The notes under the pieces were generated by a model, which did no database searches, had not been told where the DNA came from, and was given only the letters and a program-made list of their open reading frames with translations. Shown one piece after another: positions 22,154 to 34,686 of a DNA stretch of 64,000 nt. The stretch comes from Massalongia carnosa (taxonomy: Eukaryota), in assembly GCA_965645245.1 (NCBI GenBank), contig OZ287070.1:2976001-3040000 (forward strand), in the 5' to 3' direction. Positions within the stretch are counted from its first letter, which is position 1, and each line of letters begins with the position of its first letter. A program made the position numbers and the translations under genes.

Positions 22154-25100
22154 TGTCAAATATATAAGGGTCAAAAGGCATAATCAGGGAATTGGATAGA
22201 TGTTGATTGTATTGTGGAGGATGTGGAAAAGTGGGAATCTATCTAAGGGGGGAGGCCACGTGTCTAGTCGGGCCGGAATAACCCTTCGGATATATCATCC
22301 TGAGTTACCACTGATGTTTAGGATTAGTTATCCTATAATTTGACACACCCCCTCAGATCTAGAAACACCGTTTATAGATCTGGAATCAGTCCAGTATAAT
22401 CCCTTATATTCCTCATCTTGATGCTTTGTCCTCCGAAACACGCCACCTGAACGCCCGATTGTGAATGCATTAGACGATTTTTCAAACTTTCCATCTTTCG
22501 TATCGAGTCCAATCTTTCCGATATGTTCACCAATCCTATCAATCTTATGAATCCCTCGTGCTTCTGCCTTGATAAGGCCTTCGTCAATCCGTCTGCCGGC
22601 ATCTTAGCTGTGGCCAACCATCTTATCGACACCCTACCGGCCTGATATTCCTGTCTCAACCAGTGATTATGTATGTCCACATGGCGAAGCCGAGTTTGAA
22701 GCTTCATATCCTCACTAGTTATCAAGTGATAGTCTGTTTGTTGTCGCAGTCGATGATCACCGGTCCCTCCAGTCTCATCTTGATGGCCTTTAACAGTCGT
22801 CTTAGATACATTGCTTCTTTGGTGGTGTCCGACAAGGCCAGCAATTCGGCCTCAGTGCTCGATGTGGTCACCGTCGCCTGTTTGCTTGCTTTCCATGCAA
22901 CCGGTCCTCCGAACAGCGTCATTATATATCCTTGAGAACTTTTCCTATCCTTGTTGTCCGCGAAGGACGCGTCGCTAGCACATAGGAACCCTTGTATCCC
23001 TTCCTCTTGTTTTCCTTCATATTGAATCGCCAGGGTTTTGGTGGCGTATAGGTATTCTAGGACTCGCATCGCTGCCTGGTGATGTTCATCGGAAGGATTT
23101 ATGGAGAATTGGGATAGTTTGGACACCGTGAATGCGATATCTGGTCTGGTGGTTATGGCTGCGAATAGGGCTGTTCCTATCCTTTGTTGATATAAGTGAA
23201 TGGACTGATGGGAAGCTTTGTTTTCTGAGACTGTATATTGAGTTGATATCATAGGAGTATCTGGTAGTTTCTTATCTAGTTGAACATCGAAGTTATTAGC
23301 CATCTTATCAATATAGGCCTCTTGGGATAGCCATAGAAGTCGTTTAGACCTATCTCTTATGACTCTGATTCCTAAGAACCATTCGATTTCCCCCAGTGAT
23401 TTCATGGTGTATATTGAACATAAATGCTCGATGGCTTTCAAGGCCTGACCCTCGATCGATTTGTGGTAACAAAATACCGTGTCATCCACATAATAGAATA
23501 CTAGGATTCCGCCTCTCATCATTATACATGATTCTTGAGGTATGGCCCTAAATTCCATGGATTGAAATGTTTTGACAGATGCTTCTGCCATAGATATGGT
23601 GACCGTCTCAGGCCGTAGAGTGCTTTTCTCAGTCTTAACACATATTTTTGTTTTAGACCACATCTCTGATTTAACCTCTTCCACCTTTGAGCTTACTGTC
23701 CGGGACTATACAGATTCAAGGGTGATCAGTCCTTGTCGACTAGTTCTCCAGAATGGTTTCTCACCTAGACTGGCCGCGTTTTCTCTTGGGTGTGAAGGCC
23801 TCCCTTTTACAGAAGTCATCATTTCACCAGGGGTCGCCGCTGTTTGGTCTTCTGATAGATTCGTCCTCTTTTCAGTGCCCGCCCGCTCGACGGCGAATGC
23901 GAATGCCTACCTGTGAATGGATAATATGGTGGAATACGTATGTATACCACCTCGTCCAGCGGACAGTTGACAAATGCATTTACTGCATCGAGTTGTCTAG
24001 TTTCTAGATCATACTTCGCAACTAACGCCATCATGGACCTGAATGCTGAGCTGGCCAAAGTGGTCGCTCGTGTTGATAGTTCCCCAACCTCTTGTTGATT
24101 CCCACATACTACTAATCTAGCTTTGCATTTTACCAAATAGCCATTACTGTCTGTCTTGTAGGTGAAAACCTACATGCAGTCCAGCACTTGATGTCTTATG
24201 GTATGCTTGCTTTCGACTAGTTCAAACGTCTCCATCTTCTCATGCTCACCGAGATGTTCTCTGATGGCATCGATGAAGTGAGACTCGAACATGTGACCCT
24301 CCAGGTCACGTATGGTTTTGGGAGGTGGGGGTAGATTCAACTTATGGAACTTACTGAACAACCGACCAGCGGCAAATGCCCCGAGTTCTGATGTTTGGAT
24401 GCGTAGTGCTTCTTTATTGATATAGATATTATCGTCGATGTCACATTGAGAGCAGCTTGCCTCATGTATATCTTCAATTTCTAACCGAGCATGAAGTGCC
24501 ATGGCTAATTCATCATCCTCATCTGGTGGTGGTGTTGGTAATCCACGTTCTTGTTCCTCTGCTTGGCGTAGATCCTCGATCAATTTGTCTGGTCTATCAA
24601 GCCTATCGACGTCAGATATATCCTCTGCTTCATCATTATGATACTCCAGTATCTCCACATCTTCCTCTAAGATGCCTTCATTTATTGCTTCAGCCACTGG
24701 CAACTCGATCCTATTTATGATGGTCTCTCTCTCTACTTCAGACGTTCCTTCTTCGGGTAACTGTCCTTCGTAGAATCTGGACTCATCGAATATCACGTCT
24801 CGTGTGGAGATGACACCATGTCTTTCTGGTATCCACACTCTAAAGATATTCGTCGATCGGTATCCTACCAGGTGTCCTATATATGCACGGGGTTGGAGTT
24901 TCTGTCGTCTGTTCTTATGAAGTTGAGCGTCCTCAGTCATCGCATATGCTCTGCAGCCATAGGCCCTTAAATGGGCCAATTGAGGTTTGGTTTTGTAGAA
25001 TGTTTCGAACGGTGATTTCCAGGACTGAGCCTCTCTAGGAGTCCTATTATGTAAATACGTTGACGCATCTATTACTTCCTTCCAGAGATTTGATGGTAAC

Positions 25101-27451
25101 TTAGCTCCTATTGACATCGCCCTCGCCTTCGTCACTATCACACCCCCTGAACGTTCCGCTACACCATTTTGTGCTGCAGTTCTAGGAGCGGAAGGTTCGA
25201 ATTCTATCCCTACCGATGACAACCACTTGTTGGTACGCTTTCTATTCAACTCCAAATCTGACCGTATCCTTTCTATCAGTAGGTTCCGTTGCTTGCACCA
25301 AGCCATTAGGTCTTTGAGAATCTTGAGACTTTCTGACTCCTCTCCGTGTGTTGACATGAAATAAGGTATGACTAATCCAGTATATTTGTCTTTGATAAAC
25401 ATTGTTCGTATAAAACCATCCATGGCCTTATCGTATCCGTCCAATCTATGTGCAGTTCCTGGAATGGCTTCGTCACTTTTCTATTTCCTGGCCGACGTGA
25501 TATTTGTCTATGCATCTTTGCCAGACTACACGCCTCACACTGAGTGGTCGATGGCCCTAATAGTGTAACACCTAATGAGTTCTCTCCTAGTTTGTGAAGG
25601 CTTATTGGTCCAGGATGTCCCATACGACAATGCCAGATGAAGGCATCTCCCTTTGAGGAGGATCTAGGTTTTCCTGAACGCCGACGAGGTATTGGAGTTA
25701 TTAGCAATGCGGCCTTACTAGATGAATCTGACCTTTGGAATGCAGGAAGTTCGTCAACTTGATGAATCAGACAAATTGTCCTTCGTCCTTTATTAGTCTT
25801 CTTGTATAGAACATTCCTTTCCGTGTCCCAGTATATATCTCTCTTTCTTAGTTGTTGAAACGACACTAGATTTACCACGAAGTCCACACAATATGCCACG
25901 TTCGATAGTCTCATCACCCCCTCAGATTTATCTTCTCGGAGTATAGGTATTCTGACACTACCGTAACCAAGGATTGGAATCCTTGATGATCCAGCTTGTA
26001 TGTATATGATCTTTGATGCTTTAGTGAAGTTCTGGAAACGAGCTATGTCATTGAAGACATGTATGGAGGCTCCGGAATCTAGGATGTCGTCAGGCCATGA
26101 AGAAGGAAGTGATGTTTCTGATTGATGATTTAGAAGGAATGCAGCGTCTATTGATTCGTCTTGATTCTGATGATCCACCGACGTTGATTCGTGAAGACCT
26201 TGGTGGTCCACCAACGATATTTGCTATGGTGGAATCTCCTCAACCTTCTTTTTATCCTTCCTTATCCTTTCGACTTCTTTTTTTAACTTCCTGTCCTTAT
26301 CCACTCTATTGTTTACCTCTTTAGTTTTCCTTTCCCTAGAGTGTAGTCATCTGATTTCCCTTCTGGGAATATAAACCAACAGTTCTCGAGATCATGGCCT
26401 TGTCTTTCACACGCAGGGCATATCTTATCGTGCCTTTTCCCTCCACGGTGAGATTGTCCAGTTGTATTTGCCCTCTTTCTCTTAGTGGCTGTATTGGCTA
26501 CTTCTTCTAGTAGGCCACCACTATTTGCTCGACAGAGAGGGAAATGTCGGTGATCTCAGCCTTGATATCTCTGACCAGGCTACCATACTCCTCAATGGTC
26601 TTGCACTTTTCATAACTAATCTCCTCTAGCCGGTTGAAGGTGCTCCATTTAGCACTCCAGTTCTTCAATGTATAACGGGAAATGCTCCCAGAGGTTCTTG
26701 GGATTCCAGATCTCACCGTTGGCTAGGTCCCTCATCGACAAGAATTCTTGCTGCACGTCGTCCGTGCACATCTTGCCTATCTTTCCTACTACTCTTCTTT
26801 GCTTTACCTTGAACTCCAGTCGTTCAAGGTCCCGTTGATCCCGCTTATCGAGCTGATCCGGTGTTTCTTCCAGAGACTTCGTCATCATCAGAACTCTTTG
26901 ATGGAAAGGGAATCTCCAGTTTGGGGAACGTGTATAGGCTCTCCCCTTTAGCCATGATGCTACAAGGAAGACGAAATGAGGAATAGGGCAGTGACCCTGT
27001 GGAATGGACTGATGCTTTGACTTTGGCGCGGACAGAGGTAGGGAATATATATAGTATAGAATGGAGTAGATGGAGGGATAGAGGTAAGTTTGTTGACAAT
27101 CAATGTGGAGGCTTTTCAGACGTAGCAGAAGTAAGCCGGGCTCATAACCTATGAAATATAAATTCACTTTGTAGGTATAGTAGCATGATTGTCATTGAAG
27201 GTAATTATCTATGTGGGCTATTTGTCTGCTTTATAGAGCAGTCACAAAACAGTCACATCTAGGAGCCCTGACGGTCAGACCTTGTCTCCCATATCTGCTT
27301 TTTTCTTTTTTAGGCACATTGCAAGGCACCTCCCGAACTGCCTGTTAGGCACCTCCTATAGATGCCTGGCAGGCACCCGTGGGACTCACGATGGATGCCT
27401 ATATTAGTGGTCGTCTGACCATCTAACCGATGGTAGCCTTACCATTTAACA
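22154..27451 (-). mobile_element. Degenerate, probably chimeric Ty1/Copia element
   Basis: 3' LTR 22154-22345 with PPT. Fragmented PR (ILDSGAS), INT (QNGVAERS), RT (YYVDD) and RH (SSTEAE). PBS GGTTATGAGCCCGG at ~27136-27149. The 5' LTR 27150-27451 belongs to a different family; no TSD. Confidence 0.85.
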
Positions 27452-27878
27452 AGAGAGAGATTCAGTCGGAGGTAACCTTCCACCGCTACGTTGGTAGTGG
27501 TGACGGCGAAATGAAGCTACATAGCCTCGGCGTCTAGACTTTATGTTTAGAGGCGGGCTAGCAATGTGGCGAGGGATCTAGCCGGAGGTAGAAGTGTTCT
27601 ACCTTGCAAGGGAAGATCTAGAAGGCAGCTCGAGGCTGACTAGAAGATCCAGCGAGCGTCGAGTTCGTGGATGGATCCTGAGGGATGGTTAAATGTAAGG
27701 CGATAAAGTCAGAAGTGGGTTGCAAGGCTCCTAAGGTTCCAACGCTCCCAAGGCTATAGGCTTAGGGAGAGTAGGATAAATACTAGAACGAATCCTGTAA
27801 TATTCGTTAGCAATTAGCCTTTATTCTATGAACAACGTATGTTTGGGTCTCGGACGAGATCTCTTGGTCTAAGCACTT
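27452..27878 (-). mobile_element. Inverted internal fragment of LTR family A
   Basis: Reverse complement of ~11838-12266. Confidence 0.85.
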
Positions 27879-28132
27879 ACATTCTGCATCCAATGATGAA
27901 TACGATCGTGTTCCATCAAGTCGGCGGTGTATAGAGTTACTTTGATCGTATCGCGCAGCTGGCTCAGCTTCACTTTCACGAGGAAGCAGGAAGGTAATTC
28001 GCAGGCTCCATCGTGTCAGCTGAACATATATAATTTCTATCTATGTTTGGGCAACTCTCCCCTCGCTGCTGCCCTGCTGGCGCTCAGTTTTGCTGAGGGC
28101 CCCTCCTATAATGGCTTTGTTTTGGCAGCAGT

Positions 28133-28395
28133 TGTCAGATGGTAGGGGCTACCATCATGGGCATTCATCTAGTGCTTATCTTGGGCGACTCTACCACGGG
28201 GACCGAGATGACCTCAGGGGGCCGAGATGCCCTCCGGGGACCGAGATTCAGTGGACCGGCTGACTCCTTATGAAAAGGGTCGCCGAAAGGTCTCCAATGT
28301 GACTGCTATATAATGAAGTAGATAGCTCACATATAATCCATACCTTCAATGACAATCATGCTATTATACCTACACGTGAATTTTACTATTCATCA
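28133..28395 (+). mobile_element. Solo LTR, family B variant
   Basis: TGTCAGATGG...TTCATCA with GCAGT TSD. Last ~95 bp closely match 5590-5687. Confidence 0.85.
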
Positions 28396-28440
28396 GCAGT
28401 GAGGGGAAAAACTCCCAACCCCAAGCAGGGAATAGCCCAC

Positions 28441-29420
28441 CTACGGTGGTGCTGTTCGGAACGTGGCGGGGGGTCGTTGAAAACGAAGGGAGGTAGCTAT
28501 TAATTGGTCCGGGTGTGTCTGAATGTACAATTGATACGAGTCTGATTTCCATCGGCCCAAGGTCTGAATATCTTCCTCTAGCAAGCCCGAGTTCTTGGCC
28601 GTTGTTGCTGCACCCCGTCGAAACGAATGACCCGAGTAATTCCCTCGGACGCCAACTGCCCGGAGGCCACTCCGTAGGGCCTGCACTAAATATTCACGAG
28701 TGAAGGCCTTGTCCTGAACTTGGAACAATGGGGACGATGCTGGTTTCGGGAATCGGGTAAACAAGTTCCGAATGGAGGTGATCGAGCATGCTTCGTCGTT
28801 TGTTGCTGCGATATAAACTTTTCTACCCCTTCGAAAAGGATCCGTCTTGGATGACGGTAGGGAAAGAATCATTCGATCCGCCTGTAGATCCACCGATTTC
28901 CTAGTTAAATGCCATGAATCGAAGCTGGAGTCTTGCATTTCTCCCTGTTTGTAGGTAAATTCTCCCGCTCTTAAGAAGGCAGCGAATGCGATGCTGTATG
29001 CCGCATGAAGTGTTGCCTGGACCTCGTTAGTAGTGTCTAGTTTCCGTAGCAATTTTATCAAAATGTTGCGTGTGATTGGTAGCCTTTCTCGTCTTTCTGG
29101 TTCACAGTGCATTCGTTTATTCCCGCAATTATTCTGTCTAGGACTGGATGGTGAAAGACCTCCAGGTCCCCTAGGCCCATGTCCAATTGGCTCGATCGTA
29201 CTCCAGCTAAATAGTTTTTGATGGTTTTGGGGCGGAGCCCTCGCTGACCCAGGGCGGCTATCCATGCCGAAAGGCTTCGAATTGTCGCTGGAAAGGGAGG
29301 GAAATTCGTTGCCAATTGACAGTGGGTCGTGTAGCTTTTCCGGGCTGCATCGTATAGCCCTCGAGTCCTAATTGCTATGCCCCACCATAAATATCAGGCT
29401 GCTCGGCGATCCAGCGGAAC
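28441..29420 (-). pseudogene. Tyrosine recombinase of the YR retrotransposon
   Basis: FLRAGEF, SKTDPFRRG, GHSFRRGAAT and LGRWKSDSYQLY. N-terminal PKTIKNYLAGVRS. Frameshift near 29115. Confidence 0.9.
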
Positions 29421-32400
29421 CTCGTTATACCAAGTCTCTGGAGGGTCGTGGGCGAGTGACGCCGATATTTGTTCGATGAAATGCCCTGCAGGTTGGGGTA
29501 ATTGTCAGCGATTTTTCCAAATAGTCCTCGGGACAACCAATCTGCTAAGAAATTTTCTTTAGTAGACAGCCAGTGTGGTTCAATCTCAATGTCATATATT
29601 GCCGCAATCATTGCGATATTCCGGAGGGGATGCATGGCCCCGCCTCGAATGGAGGTATCAAGCTGTATGGGCTAATGTGGAATATGGGTGAAAAGAAGTG
29701 GTGTGTATTGATCTATGGGAGGTCTAGGCTAGCTAACTAAGGGATAGCTCATAGGGGTTCGTGGGTCATGTGACCCATGGCGGGTCATGTGACCCCTAAT
29801 CGCCTGACACCCCCCCCTAGCTTTGACCAAAGCTGCCATGACCGAAAAACCTATATTAGGTGAAAATTTCCATGTTTTACCTTGATTTCTAGTGATTTTG
29901 GCCGATTTAATTTGTGGCCGTATTTCCCTTCTTCTGATTGGCCAATTTCTTCTGATTGTTGACCAGGTCCATGGCATTGACTAGCCCTAATAGCTTGACG
30001 AAATGTTGATGCTTTTGAGGAGGTAGGATTTTGGTTAAACCATCTGCGACCATCTGATTTGTCGGCACATAGTCAACACATAATTCCCCCCTTTGCATAG
30101 ATTGCCTAAGCCAGCATTGGGCGACGTCTATATGCCTCGATTTAGTGTCAGTTTTTCCCATTTCGGAGGTTAAAATGCGAATTGTCTGTAGGTTATCGTT
30201 ATAGATAACTATATCTTGATCCGGGTTAAATTGTAGCTTTTTAAATAGATGTATCCACCATATGAGCTCTTTACCCGCATGAAGCATAGACAATAACTCG
30301 GCCTCAGTAGTTGACGTGGTCACGGTCAGTTGCTTCCTAGCGGCCGAGTCAATCATCTCACAAAATAGCTTGAATGTATAGCCCTCGGAGCTTTTCCTAT
30401 CTGGGTTATTTGCATAGGATGCATCAGCCGTAACCTCAAAAACCTGCTTATTAGCCGGAACCGGTTCATGATTTGCCATAGTAGTGATTTCACCGCCCCC
30501 TTTGGCCGAGTACTGAATTCCCAGATATTTCGTCCCATATAGATAACGTAGGCAATGGTCTGCAGCCCTCATATGACTAGGTCCCGGGTTGGTCAGATAT
30601 TCAGCCAATTTTGAAGCTGATTATGCTATATCTGGCCGAGTCATAATAGCTTGGTAGCATATTGATCCAACTTTCTTCCTATATAGATGCATTCTGGCCG
30701 GATCCACCTCCTCCTCATATGGCGCAAGTTCTTCATTGAATATGGGCGTTAGAGGTGTTTTAGCCTCCGACTTTTCATCTATGTCATATTCCTTGGCTAA
30801 TTTGTTCATATAGGAGTCCTGAATCAAGTGGATCGTCTTTTCTTCTATTTTATGAATGACCCGTACGCCTAGAAAATAGGATAATGGACCCATATCCCGT
30901 ATTTCGATCATCTTCATGAAACGTTGCCCATATTCCTCCACTTCGGCTTCTTTTCTGGGCTGATACGCCATTACTATGTAGTCCACATAGAACAATAGTA
31001 TGATTCCCTCCGTATAGATTAGGCATGGTTCGACTGGCACCTGTTTTAACCCTAGTTCTATGCATTTGCTTATTAGCATTAGTAGCCATAGAAGAGGTGA
31101 TTTTCTTTGACCATATAGCGCTTTTTTCACTTTAAGCACCTTCTTTCTAAGCTTAAAACCATCAGGCAAAAAGCAGTAAATAGGCTCGTCATTGTAAGCG
31201 TTTAGAAAGGCGTTAATAGCGTCCAACTGCCTCGTTTTCAGCCCGAATGTAGCAACTAATGCCATTAATGCCCTAAACACCTTGAAGGCTAATGTAGCTG
31301 CATAAAAATCTTGAGCATTATCTTGCTGTAGGTCACCTCTAACCACTAGACGTGCTTTGAACTTTGCCAAATAGCCGTCCGAATCAGTCTTATAGGTGAA
31401 ACCCCATTTGAGGGGCAATATTGGCTGTATAGCCTCATCTTGATCAACTATTTCCCATGTTTCTTTGTGGAAAAGTGCCTCCCATTCAACGTTAGCTGCT
31501 TTCATGAACTCATCTAAATAGGGATGCCTTAGCAGAGCTCGCCAATGAGATGGGGGGTCGGGCAAATCATCAGTTCGGAGCTGATTAGTCATTCTCGCCG
31601 TCCCCGCCATAAACGCTGTATGAAATTGAGGGAATTTCGACATTTCTTCTGCTGACCAATTTCCATTTGCAGCGTATCTAGGGTTTGGTTTCCTAGTACG
31701 TTTTCCCTCTATAACGTTTGCCTCATTTATCCCATTGCTCCTTTTTCCTGATGATTGCTCTATTTCCGTCACATTGAGGGGAGTTCGGCCCGTTTGCGGG
31801 AATTGTCGAGGGTCAATTGTTGATGCCCTCACCTTTTTGGCCCTTCTTTTATCTATGGAGACATTAGGGCTGATATCTGGTTCAGGTGTTTCTATCGGCG
31901 TTTCCAGTTGCATGGGCGTTGATGAGGGAGTTATTTTCTCCTGTATTTCGTCCTGACTAGGTGAGTTATCTTTTATGGTCAATTGCTCTATAGGCTTATT
32001 GACTGATAAGTCTAGCTATTCTTCTTCCTCACTATCTATCTCCTGAAATGCGGGGCGTGGTTCAACTACATGAAACTCTATAAAGCTCGCTTTTTCAGTC
32101 TCCTTTAGCAATAGATCCTTATTCGACGTATAGGCGCTATAAAGCTCATCGTCGTTGAATATGACGTCTCTATAACCGCTGACATCTCACTTTTCTGGAT
32201 TCCATATCCTGAAGATATTGGTTGAATAATAGCCAACCAAATAGCCAACAAATGCCCTAGGTTTCAACTTATTGCTTTTGGGAGGAGCATCGGCCCCTTT
32301 TAGCAATGGATACGCCTTGCAACCAAACACTTTTAGATGAGCCAGCTCGTATCTGACTGATTGACCCGGATTGGTCAGTTTTTGCAATTTGACTAATGGG

Positions 32401-34686
32401 GAGTCCCATTCCAGAGCTTTATTAGGGGTTCGATTCATTAGATGGGCTGCAGCTAAATAGCACTCCGGATACAGGTCTTCTGGCATTTTTGCATATTCCC
32501 TGATGCATCGAGCTTTTTCAGTTAATAGGGCTCCGAAACGCTCCGAAACGCTATTTTGCTCAGGGGTATTCTTTGCTGACCATGACCATTCTATGCCTTG
32601 CTGACTGATCCATGCTTCTAGGGCTTTTCCTATTGATGTTTCTTGCCCCGTGCGAATCGTGGTTACCTTTGAATTAATCGAAATGCCAGCTCTATCGCAT
32701 TGAATGATCAAGCTTTTGAAGATGGGCAATAGGGTCTTTTCCTTATGATCATTCAATGGATAAACCCAAACATATGAGGTAAATTCGTCCGTAAAATGAG
32801 CTATACAGCTCGTTCTATCGAACCCCTTATCATTGATGGTTCGGTCAAAATGAAGCACCTGATATGGCTTGATGGCAGGCACTGACGGAGCTTTATTGAT
32901 AACTCTATGCATTTTGGAGACTGCACACGTTTCGCATTGAATGGTCCTAGGTGCGTTTTCACCCCCTACGCCTTTTGAAACTATCACCTCATCGATCCTC
33001 TTTAGCTGGTCAATCACCTCTGGCCGGCAATGACCGAGGCGAAGCTGCCATTTCCATGGAGTTGCTTTTGACGTATCGCGTGGCTGCACTGAGTTAGCAA
33101 ACCCTATATCTATGGATTCAGGGTTATATTCTATAATTGAGAGCCCATAGTGCTCCTTTATTTCACATATTTGTTGCCCTGTCTCCTTAACTATAAGGGT
33201 ATCAGTGAACATATCCCAGTAAAAGCCTCGTTTTTTCAATTTATTGGCCGAAACCAACGTCACTGATGAATCAGGAATATAAGCTGTTCCTTCGAATAAT
33301 AGCTCCCTTTTCTGGCCATTCAATAGGCCATTTACCCTCATTGTGCCATGACCATGGATTTTCATCTCCCCGTCGGGGGTGTCTACAAACATGTCTGACG
33401 AAGTTAGGGTTATCTCTCCTATAAACCGTGATTTATCATAGGTCAGAGGGTTATCGCATCCAGAGTCAAAGATGACGCTTGGATGCAGGGGATTATTTGC
33501 CCTAGATGTAACGTTCGCAAACAAGAAGGATTGACTAGGCAATTCAATGTGATTGCCCTGATTATGTTGATCATTCTCTGCTTTTTGGGAGCTCTTTTTG
33601 ACTGACTCCTCAGTTATTTCATCTAGTATGTTGATGTCGGTGACCTTCTTAATGGCCATGAAAAATCGAATGTTTGACTGAATTTTCTGACGTATTTCAT
33701 TGCGTACGGTTTTATCTTCCTTCCATGCAGGGGGGCGAGCTGATTTGACGATATATGGGCATAGCCTAAACAGGTGTATTTTCCCACATACGCACTTCTA
33801 TCCTTGAATCTGGCCTCTTCTGATTGGCATTCCATTAACTTGATTGGCTAGGCCCCGGACCTTTATTTTCGTCTTGCATTTGCCCCTGCAGCGAGGCTGC
33901 ATTAGCTTGATTTCTAGACGTTGATTGTGCCTCATTCAGGAATGATTCCACGGCTAAACGATATTCCCTGGTTGTCTCGTAAAATTCAACAGTCGTCTTA
34001 GCAGCCCTATGCTGCATTACCCAGTTTTCACAGAAATTGGGCGCCCATTTCTTCCCTGATTGGAGAAATACATTGATGAATATGGTCTCAGAGCCAAATA
34101 GGCCCGTTACATTGAGCTCAACAATTTGTCCCTTAATATTCTCCCAATCAGCTACCGATGCCTCTATTTTACCTTTAATGGGCGGGGTTTTTAGGGCTAG
34201 AAATTGCTCATGCAATTGCTCTATGACTTGGTTATCTGACCGCTTATATCTTGCAGCCAGAATTTTCACTATTTCCCTAATCGATGAAGCCATCTTATTG
34301 GGGGGGATTGTAATGGGCTACGAGACCAGTAAGCTTATCACGAGCGACACTGATCTCGAAAGGGGAAATGCTCAGCGTGAGAGGAAGAAGATAGCTACTA
34401 CGTGCTAGTCTCCGAGAGTATACGTGATCCAAAGAACTAATGGATGTGGAAGTGCTTAGACCAAGAGATCTCGTCCGAGACCTAAACGTAGGTTGTTCAT
34501 AGAATAAAGACTAATTGCTAACGAATACTACAAGATTCGTTCTGATATTTATCCTACTCACCCCAAGCCTATAGCCTTGGGAGCCTTGGAACCTTAAGAG
34601 CCTTGCAAGCCTTGGGAGTCTTGCGAGCATTACAGCCTTGCAATCCACATCCGACTTTATCGCATTACATCCAACCATCCCTCAGG

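Noticed and set aside
28049..28460. Hammerhead ribozyme at the YR element end
   Set aside because: No CUGANGA/GAAA core seen in the reconstructed hairpin.
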